Assembly (NCBI RefSeq): GCF_964355755.1
Contig: NC_092675.1
Location: 15,162,912 to 15,226,911 of the forward strand
Source: Antedon mediterranea
Taxonomy: Eukaryota > Animalia > Echinodermata
Length of the DNA stretch: 64,000 nt
Reading direction: 5' to 3'
The stretch's first letter is position 1. Every line of letters begins with the position of its first letter. Under the pieces are notes generated by a model. That model saw only the letters and a list, made by a program, of their open reading frames with translations, made no database searches and had not been told where the DNA came from. Of the stretch, positions 28,801 through 40,800 are shown one piece after another. A program made the translations under genes and the position numbers.

Positions 28801-31800
28801 ACAGTAGAACTTAGAACTTCATGAGCCACTGAGAAAGAATCGCTCTAAACCTTTGCGGATTTCTATAAGGCAACTGTTTCGATAAAGTATATAAAAACTG
28901 ACAGAAAATCTGCTGATCAACCGTTGGAGTATGATCATAGCCCAGTTTTAATATCTTTAACCAAATATGACTTCACATATCTTGATGGATGGCGTTGAAA
29001 TACCCACAGATGTTCCAAAAGAAAACTTACAGTAAAAACATGATGCACTATAGGATGCAGTAAACATGGCTGTAAACATTTGGTGACTATGCAAGTATTT
29101 ATGCAAGTTACCTAGATATTTCGTCATTTTGTTGTATTTATTTAGTCATTACATTGGAAAGGGGTGGATAAAAGCATTGACACGATTGAAAGGATAGTCC
29201 CAATGTACTAATCTGTACTTCCGTATGTGTTTTGGGCCACACTCATCGGTTTGGAGGAGAACAAATATCACAAAGTTTTTAGACATTCTTTATGTCAATA
29301 ACAAAGAGCTTTCAATTATACATGAAAGTTGATGTTAATTAATGATATGCACTTGATGTCTGGTATAGTGAACAATAAAGTGGTTGAAAACCTATTAAGA
29401 ATAATCTAACCAGCTTCCATGCCATTACAGGTTGCAGCACGTCATTATTTGCTGGTTATGGGAAGAGGTCATACTGGAAATCATCATACTGGAAATCATT
29501 TGTAACGCATCCACTCCTTGTAAATGGAATTGATTAAGATTAAGACTTTCCACGTACAGCGTACACTAAAGTTTAATATTGCCAAATATATGGTACTCTT
29601 GAGCAGATAACTGTATAATAACAGACTACTCTTTGGTGCTACCTCCATCTAGACTCAGTGACCATATACCTTAACACTAGTGATATATATTTCCCTTAAA
29701 TATTAAGTATTTCACTTCACTCAATAAATATTTAAGTACCTGTATTTCTACTTCGGGAAACACTTAAAATTAAAAAAACTCACCTATGGTGAATACAGAC
29801 ATCATAGAACCTAAACATACGAGCCAACTATCAGGCAGAGATAAGTATGTGGCCTAAATGAATCGGGTCGTTTGGAAGCCCCTAACCCAGTTGTCAGTTT
29901 GGAACTTGTTACATGTGTATGTAAACTAAAGAGCCGATCATAGTTGTTACAGAAAGCATGCATATGTGGTTGTGATTCAATCGTTTGCGGTTACCCAGAT
30001 GGCCAGTAGGCATTATATATCAGTGCTTGAAGAAATACCCACCTCAGAGCGTTACCTCCTTCCATCCCAGAAAAATTTCGAATATTGGCATGTGCCCATG
30101 CCGCCCATTACTCCCAACCCACAAACCCTCTGTAACCGTTTTTAAATGAAATTTAAGACATTCCAGTAGGCCTCCAATTTCGGTTATTTTGATACTTTAG
30201 GACTCATCCTCTCCATTCCTTGAACACCTTCCAGGAGTGACTCAAAAAGTTTAAAATCTTCCCAGTACAATTCTGGTCTTTTTGACACCACACTATAACC
30301 ATCATCCCCAGGCTATCATGAAAATTATATTTATTTCAATTATTAATATCGATAATTAACAGGTCTGTGCTCTATTTGACCTTATGACCTTGAAAATGAC
30401 CTTTAAACTTGTAAGTTGAAAAATTGATGAACTTCACCATCTACAGCAATATGTCAATAATGATACAATAATGGTTACATTTCTTTTAATTAGCTTATAT
30501 GTTGTTGAAAACAGCTTAAACCTCTATTTTACCATATTTGACCTTATAACCTTGAAAATGACCTTTTACCTGAAATTTGAGAGCGGCATCCACCCCTATC
30601 TTTTTTGTCATCCCATAAGAGATATATTCCACATGGTTGCCTGCTATTAACAGAAAATTCCCCCCATGATGAAAAAGCTCACATTGGCCGCCCTACTAAG
30701 AGGGGTCAGTGATCCATTAGGCGCTATATAAATACTGTTTATTAGGTGATCATTTAGAATAAAATGATCACCTATTGTTATTGTATGAAATCTTTATTAT
30801 TATTTTTTTTTAGTTATCCGCATTCAGCGGATAACTCCTTGTAACTGTCCTGTTTCATCATCTTTTTTTTTTTCTGTATTCTTCTTTCTTTCTGTCATTT
30901 TTGTGTCTCGCGTAACTCAAAAACGTGTAAACATAACATTTCATAACTTTGTCAACATGTGGGCATTTACGTGAAATTGTGCACCTCCTATTTTGAATGA
31001 CCTCAGAGTTGCGCAACATGACTTACGCGCGTTTTTACGAATTTCGCGTATTTAACATAGATCGAAAACCATACAACAATATATTATGAAACTTAACAAA
31101 AGTTTAAGTTATATCTTGCGCTAACTGACTATGGAGAAAAAATGGCATGTTTCACACGAAGTTACGCGTGCACGCGCGTTTAAAATTTCAAAATGCGAAA
31201 AATCAATTTCTAATCAACTTTCTACGCATTTCATGTCATTTTGAGCATGTAAAAAATTCCCACGCGCGCGCATTTTTTTACGCGCACGGTGCGAACGTAG
31301 CGTTGAAAACAATTTTTTTTGCGTGATTTATGTTTTTTCAGCCTTTTCTAGTACTTTTACCAACTTTTAAACAATTTCGACTTAAAATTACGTCATACCG
31401 GCACGTTGAATTTGATAATTTACGTGCGTTTTTGATGAAAAAGTTAAAAAATTTGTCAAAATTCGTCAAAATTATGCCTTTTTTTAAACAGTCATAGATT
31501 CTAAACAACGAGGTGAACTTTTTTTTAATTACATATTCTGGAAGTTGGTGAGTTGTAGATATCGGATCATGAATCAATATGGCTAACCGGACATTGTGAC
31601 GTCATCGTATGGCCACACGAATGTAAAATATAGGATTTTTGTCTCTTTCGTTATTGCTCATCACATTCAATGGAGCGCATCACGCTTATCTGTATTCCTT
31701 TTTCTCCTACATTTATATATTGTGTAGGTCAATCAACTTTCTTTAGCATGAGATAAAAATATTTTAATTTTTATGACGTCATCATGCTTAAAAATTTCAA

Positions 31801-34800
31801 TTACGTGGGTCATTAATTTCATCTTTACAGTAAATTTTATTCTGTAATAGCTCGTAAGAATAAAATGTTATAATCACGATTAAAACGTTTTCTGGAAGCT
31901 ATTGGATTGTAGATACGAATTCATGTAAACATTTTGCCAATCGGATGTTGTGACGTCATCATATGGCCAGTTGAATAAAAAAAGTTGTATTTTCATATTT
32001 TGCGTAATAGTTCATCACATTTAAAAGGGTGCGCATCTATATTTTACGTATTCAAATTTCTTCTACACGTTAATATGTTGTTCCTAAGATAATTTCCTTC
32101 TGAAATTGCTATCTAAGTGTTTCATTTTGATACCGTCGCCATGTTAAAAATTGGAATAAATGGCGGGTCCCGTAATTTCACCTATTCTACACTGTATGTA
32201 ATATGTATACAGATTATACTGTAGTGTTTGCATGTATATACTATATGACACAAAATTGACAGAATTCAGCACTAACAGCATATCATAATCTTCAGTTATT
32301 GTCATAATGCCATAATCTTTATCTGTGTGCAATATTCCAACGTATGACGTGCACGTGGCGTTTGTCGTGGTGCGGATAACTAACTCGTCAAAGTGACGAG
32401 TTTCATGTCTAGTCTTTTTATTGTTTCTGTACACTATTTTGTGTAACAATTATCTCAAAAAGTTTAATGTCAATGATTACCAAAATTTCAGAATATCTTT
32501 CAAATAATATAACTTAATCCTAATGAGCTTTCCAGCGTGATCACTCATCCGTGACGTCATTTATACGCCATTTTGTGAAATCACATTATCAATCATATCT
32601 CCATAATTCATTATGACATATTAATAAAATTCACTACAGGTAAACTTCAGGTCAAGGGTAAAAATATTAGCAAATAAAAAGTTGCGCGTTTCAAGGTCAT
32701 GCACGTGAAATCGCGCGTTAAAAATTTAAAACGCGCAAAATTAGGTTTTGATCAATTTAGAGCATGAATTAGGCCATTTGCGCGTTTCAAAAAATTACTG
32801 CGCAAAAATGCGTTTTTGTGCGCACGATTCTTAAAATGCGTAAAAAATAAAATTTTATGTATAAATCACATTCTACTCACAATCCTTAGTACATTCACCA
32901 ATTTTGAGTCCATTCCGACTTAAAATAACGCTATACGGGCACGTTAAAAATGACAAAATGCGCACACTAATTGTACAAAAGTGCTAAAAATGGTAAAAAA
33001 TAAGGACTTTTTAAAATGAATATAACTCTTCAGAATGGCAGATGACCCCCAATTTTTATGGAAGCCAATAAGATGTAGATACAAATGTATATACACATTA
33101 GACGTACAAAATGGTATGACGTCATCAAATGGCCACTTGAATTTAAAAATTATGAATTTTTTTCTTTTTGTGTGGGTTATCACATTCAATAGAGCGCATC
33201 TCCGTTATTTGAGCCCGATTTTCGCACAACTTTTAGTATGTGCTTGCTCAATTAATTATTCTTCTAATGAGTTGTCAACATTTTTTATTTTGATGACGTC
33301 ATCACGCGTAAAAACTTGAATAACCTAGGTCGTGTAATTTCAGCTACACCATACATTTGAATATCTTATAGCTCTTCAGAATTAAAGGTGACCTTGAAGA
33401 TTATAACTTATTATGAAAGCTGATGAAATGTAGATATGAATTCATATTAAAATTAAGCCTATCGGATGTTGTGATGTTATCATATGGCCAGTTGAAGTTA
33501 AAAAGTAGTTTTTAGATTTCTTTAGTCAAAGTTATACAAATTTCAAAGACCGCGCATTGCGCTTCTACGTGTCAAATTTTCTTCCAATCCTTATATTTAT
33601 TTGCTCAATTCATTATCTTTCGAAATTGTCATCTTCGAGTTTATTTTGATATATCCATCATACCAAAAAATTATAAGATGATGTGTGTCCCGTAATTTCA
33701 CCTATGCTACACTGTATATAGATATACAGTATATACTGTATATATATGGCATATACCGGTAATAGGCACAACTCAACACTATACATATAATAGGATGGAA
33801 TGTATCATCATTTTCCGATCGTATGATAACGTACGTGCATGTTTAAAACAAATTATTTTCAGTAATTAATTAATTAATGTCAATAAAATGATAAAAATGA
33901 TCACCTATAATTCGTCAAAGTGACGAATTAAATTCTAGTTATTATTATTATTATGTCAAGTAGGGTCCAGGGACCATCAAACGGCCATTCTTAAGTTCCC
34001 GCCCCTGTACCAACTCTAGGGAAGGGCGCTCAAAATACCCCAAAATTTTATTTAATTAGCATAATCGAGTACATAAATGAAACCAATGTTAAAATGTTTA
34101 TTTTTAGGGTCTAATTGAAGATCCGTCATTCTTAAGTGTCAGCTCCTGTACCTAGTCCACTTGAGAAAGCCACTAATTAGCATTTTAATTAGCATGGTTG
34201 AGTACATCAATGAAACCTTTGACAATACAATAAGTACATTTACCCAACTGAGAAAACGTAATTCTTAAGTGCCAAATCCTGTACCATGACCCCTTAAGAA
34301 AGGTCAAAGGTCACTATATGTCTCGCCTATACTTAATTAACATGAGTACACATGTAAAACCAATGGAAAATGTTTATTTTTAGAGTCTAATTGAAGATCC
34401 ATCATTCTTAAGTGTCAACTCCTGTACCTAGTCCACTTAAGAAAGCTATTAATTAGCACAATCGAGAACATCAGTGGAAGATTCGGCAATACAATAAGTA
34501 TGTTTGCCCAACCGAGAAAACGTAATTCTTAAGTGCCAAATCCTGTACCATGACCCCTTAAGAAAGGGTCAAAGGTCTGTTTCTGTTTAAAAAAAACTTG
34601 ATTATGCATACTGTACTTAGTAGCCCTAAACTTTTGAAGAAAATTATATAACATATTTATTTTCAGTATCTAACACAGATTTATCTTCCTTAAATGGCAA
34701 CTTCTGTCAACTAATTTCAGAAAGCTGCTAATTAGGAAATTAGCATGACTATATATGCTATAAACTTTATATACTTATAGACTTATTTAGCATTAACGCC

Positions 34801-37800
34801 CCATAAAGATAAAGATTCTAAGTTATGCTTTTAAAAGACGTTTTACCTTTGCATTTTGAAAACGTTTATTAAAATTAGTAGTATTCTGTTAACATTCCGC
34901 AAATAAACATTTTATGCAGATATTTTGACACAAATTTCTTTTTTTTTAGGTTGATTGATTGAACAATAAGAGCAAGTAGTGAGAAACATAAAATGTATCG
35001 TACAGTGGCAACATTCACAATTTATTGAAACGTTTCTTACTATTAAAATGACACTTTGTAATGGATGTGAGCGATCTTAGAAGACTATAGCTGTCGTAAT
35101 TACTGCCACAATCAACACATTGATAATTAGTAGACAAATTGACACAAAAAACAATACAGGAATTCAATAAGATATACTGTATATTTTATTAACTCCTTTT
35201 GCACTGTAATATTTACAGTAAAATTATGAAGTGTAAGTAAATTTGAAGAATTTATCCTGTGTACTGTTGTAGGTTTTTTTTTATTTATTGAATGTTATGT
35301 TTACAAAATAATATACTGTACATATAATACAAAAAAAATTATACAATATTTTACAAGCTGGACAAGAACATATTGGCCGAATGCAGCAGGAGAGTCTGAA
35401 ATATTTTTCCTGCAATATCCAATCATATTCCAATACCGAGTCTATCATTGTTGTCTTTGGGTGACCTCTGTTCCAGTCTTCATCAGCTCAACGTCTTTAA
35501 AAAAAGTAAAAGCAAAGTATGAAAATCTGGAAAAAATAGATCATGCATATTTAGTGCAAAATTGGGCTAGTGAAATTGCTTACTTTGACATAGTCAAATA
35601 AGTATACTACCTTTCTATGGTAATTAAAACACATTACTTATAATGTTATAACTTATAAAAAGAGAAAATAAATATTTGACTTACTACAGTACACAGAAAC
35701 AGCTAAGCTGGCTTTTCCCCTCTGTCTACTTGTACAGTGCTGCTGGAAGGTTCTCAATTTCAGGCTTGTATTGCAACCATTTTCCCTGAAAAATGTTTGT
35801 TTTATTTTTATCATAAAAATTAGTTAAACAAGCTTCAACTGTAAATATATATGGTGAAGCAAGCTGGCTGTATTTTCGGAATGTAGCTAAGATTGATGGC
35901 ATATAGCCTAGGCAAGTCTATGAAGAGTACAATGTATAGGGCCTAGCTGGGCATCTTCTGCAGGGACCCGATTGTCACAGTCTGCTTGCTACTAGCCTAG
36001 TAATATCCAGCAGCATGTATTAATTATTCTAGGCCTAGCCCTGAACTGAAAAAATCCCAGGCTAAGTTAATTAATTTACCTTCCTGTTATTATTGCGTTA
36101 TATATATTATTATATTTAAAATAACCGTCTAGGCCTACTTACCGACAAATTAACAGCTCAGCTTTACATATTTATACGATCAGGCCAGGGAAACCCACAG
36201 TCGAGTCGTGTCGATCTCTGGTGGTATTGTTGTACATACGTGTTGTTAGATCAGATCTCTGCTGTGTGGATGCTCATTAACATATGATGCATATGTGCGA
36301 GTTAGCTCTACCGGCCTAATTTCTGAGCCGATGAGTTCGAAAAAAACTTATTTTGATTTTTTTATAAGCGAAATCAATATTTTTTTCGGATTTTTTTTCG
36401 GTGGAAGTGAATAACTTTATGTTAACTACAAAACGGTCTATTCAAAATTTGATTTTTTTCATCTTTATTTTTCATTTTTTGGGGGACAATACATCTTTAA
36501 TTATTTATAATGTATGATAGGATCTTGCAATAACTCAAATACAATAGCCGGTATCATAATCCGATCAAAGATCCTTCTGCGTATATAATGTCATAAACCA
36601 CATTTGTTGCATAATAATAAAGACATAAGTTACTTTTTATCTAGATTTCATTATAAATCATGTTAATCCGGGAGCCCATGAAGATTTGTTTAGCATTGCG
36701 AGTACAAAAGGTCTGAGGCATAGAATATGTCAAGTAGGGTCCTGGGACCATCAAACGGCCGTTCTTAAGTTCCCGCCCCTGTACCAACTCTAGGGAGGGG
36801 CTCAAAATACCCCAAAATTTTATTTAATTAGCATGTTAAATTTTCTCGTGTCAATGTTTGTAAAAATGGTATTTTCTGTAGACTCTCGTCTTTGTACAAT
36901 TCATGTCTTAAAAAAATAATTCTTTAGATATCTTTATTTAACTGTAATTTCTCTTAATTTAAAAAAAAAAAATATATATATATATATATATTTATAGTTT
37001 AGTTATTTATTTTCAACCTGTTATTGGTGTTTTACACTGTTGGCTTGGAATAAAGAATAAGAATAAAATGTTTATTTTTAGGGTCTAATTGAAGATCCGT
37101 CATTCTTACAGTAAGTGTCAACTCCTGTACCTAGTCCACTTAAGAAAGCCACTAATTAGCACTAATTAGCATTTTAATTAGCATGGTTGAGTACATCGAT
37201 GAAACCTTTGACAATACAATACTTTAATAAAGTTAAACACAATATAAATTTACGTAACCTATATGTTTGGCATTGGTTAAATTGGGGTTTGTAATTATTA
37301 TAAACAATTATAAAAAAATCAATTCTTGGACCGGTTTGTGTCATGTACGAGATGATGTTCGCTACCCTAGATTTGAGCCTTGTCCACTCTGCTGAATAAA
37401 GCATTTTAAAGCATTTCTTTTTACGAAATATCTTACCTCTCTGTCTACTGTACTAAAAATGGAAAATTTTTATTGTTAAATAAACAATTTTAGTCCCTTT
37501 CTTAGCAGTTGATAAAATTTGTTTTTTATTTTTTGGACCACTCCAAACGGTATTGACTTTCACCATCGGCCAATGTTGCATATGATCTGTTCGATGTCAT
37601 GTTGTTGTCTATGACAGCCAGATATGTACGAGCTATTGCTCCCTCGTGCTCAAACTTGCTACGTTTGGGCATGTACTTCAGCATCATGTTATGGAATCCT
37701 TCTAAATTTCCAGTGTGACAAAATTCTGTTGCCTGAATAGAAATACAGTAAATTAAAAATTGTATTCAATTTATCTTAATGATAATACCTCCAGTGAATG

Positions 37801-40800
37801 CACACAATACTGAAAAGCTATTTATTTATACATAATGCATAACTCACCTTCTTCAAGTCACGCAGAAGTAAATTATTTGTAACAATATCTTGTAGTGCTT
37901 TATGGGCATCACTTTCTGGTGTTAGCCAGGGTTTTGTCATGTTTGCTTCAAGTGGAGGATGACTACACTTCATGTACTCGAAGCCGCAAATCCAATCATG
38001 TTCGTCAACTATGTGACGCACAATAGAGGTCCAACGTTCCTGTTGTTAAATATATTTCAGAATGCATTATTAGTGATTAAAACAAACTGCTGTCGCTTGA
38101 GATTAATTATTAAACATTCTACATTAATAAATCCCTACCATGAGCTGTGTGACACTTCCTTGGCAGGTTTCGGCTGACCACCACAGATGGTTAATGATGC
38201 CTTTTTCCCACACTTGCAACTCTTTGTGCTTCTTTCCAGCAGCTGCAACTCTCTTTCTCACAGATTTAGCAAGGTGCCATATATCATACTCATGTTTTAT
38301 CTCTGGGTAGTTTTCACGTAAAGTCTTTCCTATCATTGGGTGGCGATCAGTGGATATAATATCAACATTCAGTTTGTGTTCCTGTAAAACAATAAACATG
38401 TATGTATTTTCTACATTATACAAAACAAAAATTACTGAAAACATGACATCTACTGTAGCACAGAAAAACACAAGATTTCAAACCTTTAATTCTTCAAGAC
38501 ATCTTTTTAAACCAACATTTTCAAGATGATGAGAATTTGGTATCCCCTCCTCATTTACTGATACCGTCTTAGAGGCCAATATCAGATCGGTATCTGTATC
38601 CATTAGAGAGTAGGTCCCAAATGTCGCATTATGGCCCGGCGAATCATGCCTACAGTCTCCAGCTACAATCAGCTTTCCCTGTAGGTTGTCATATCCTGGG
38701 GAACAAAAGTATGTAAACAACATTTAAATAATGTCCAGTATATTTGTTTTCTGGATGGCTTTGCATTGCTTTTTGTTTGATTACCATTACATTACAGTAA
38801 TACTATTTTATTATACAGAAATAACAATATTATCAACTTAATATCAATAAATTCAGTTTAGTAAAGTAACTACTATTTTTACCAAAATTGTGAAATGACT
38901 ATACTATAAATGGAACTTACTTTTCCGGACATCTTCAATGTGTGATTCATACATCTCTTCAATATTTGGAAGAAGAAACTCACGTTGAATTTTATAAAAT
39001 GCACTTTTATGGATCGTCGCAAGCTTTATTTCTTCAAATATTTCACTCATTGTTGTATACGTGTTGCCAGTGTGGAGGGTTGCAGCAGCTATAGCAATGT
39101 TTCCAGCTGGTCGCCTTGTGCTTTCACACATAGGCTGTGATGTCCAATAGAAATCATGGCCAGATAAACATGTTCCCGTTATTCTAAGCATGCTACCAAC
39201 TGTGTGCTGTTTTGGCTCAGGCACCGGTGCACAACACTTTTCCTCTTGGCACCTTATCAGTTTAAGTAGTTCATCTTCAAAAACAATGTACTTGTTTGCC
39301 TGTATAATTTTTTCTACCTGGCAGACATCCTCATCACTGTCGCTACTACTACTGCTCCCACTAACCAAATGGAAACTTGGATCATCTTCGTGTTGTGGTG
39401 TAACATCAAGAGAAGCATCAAGGGAATCATTTGTAACTGCCTTTGTGGGCGTAGATGTTACATTTGGAACAAATTCTATTTCCTGAAACAGATAAAAGTG
39501 TTCTATTTAAATCTCAAAAATCACTTGCCCATTAAAACAATTTTAAAACCTGAAATACTAATAATTGTGATGAAATAAATGATAAACAACTTGTGCATGA
39601 TAAGGCATAGAGTAAACAGTTTCACAGAATAGGCTATACTGCCTGTGATAATAATTAACACATCCCACTTCCAGCCCTTCCATTGTCTCAAACAGAGAGA
39701 TTAGACTAATCAATTAATTAGTGTAATTAACAAGGTCAACCATAGAGTATAGTATAATAACCATAAGAAAAAGAGATCAGCATCTCTCATGGTGTTTGAT
39801 ATCAAAGAGAGGCCTACCATGGAACCTACCCCTCTCTAGTCTAGCCAGCAGTAGCATTTATATTGATGAATGCTAGAATAGTATTAGTAGTACTAGGCCT
39901 AGAGTAGTACTATTATCAATAATAATAAAAATAATAATAATATTATTATTATTATAGTATTATATTATTAGGCCTAGCTGGCCGACAAGTGAGTAGTATA
40001 GTATTATAGTATAATATAGGCTAGTCCTATATTAACTATTCTATACGGGTAGTAACAAAGTGCGAGGCAGCGAGGCACGCGAGGCAGGGAAGGCATGCGA
40101 GGCAAGTCAGAAATTTATGCGAGGCATCGTTTTACCATCATCAAAAAATGCGAGGCATCATTTTATCATTTCTCAAAATTGCAAGGCAGGAAATCACCGA
40201 AATTGAAGTAGTTTCTAGGCCTAGGCCCGCTAAGCTAGTTTCCTTTTGCACCTGCCTTGTATTTTAACCAACTTTATCCTGAATACCACAGCTTAGAATT
40301 AGTAGGCCTACTTTATTGAAGAAAAATCACATAAAAGTAACAATAAATCCATTAAATTGGTGATTTTACAGACGTTGTTTTTCTCGCATTTCGCACACTC
40401 AATGTTCAATATTTTGGTTTCTATGGAACGCCAAAAGAGCAAAATTAATTAGAGGGCTAAAAACTCTGTGGAATCCATTTATATTTAACGCATTATTTGG
40501 TGAAAATCAAGTACAATTTCAATAGATTTTGTCACTGTCAGTAAGGAAAAATGTTACTGTTGATATTATAATGTACACGGTTTCGTTAACCTTTTAAAGA
40601 ATAAAATAGAAAAATTCATCATAATATCCTTAGTAGGATGTCCTAGGTCTAGACTAGGTAGTGATGTTGATTTAGGATCGATTATTATTCTTTGAAAACA
40701 GAACAGTATCAGCAGTAACATATTACAACATTTTTATTGACAAATTAACAAATATATTGAAATAAAACGTGTTTTTCACCAATAAATGCATGAGAAATTG

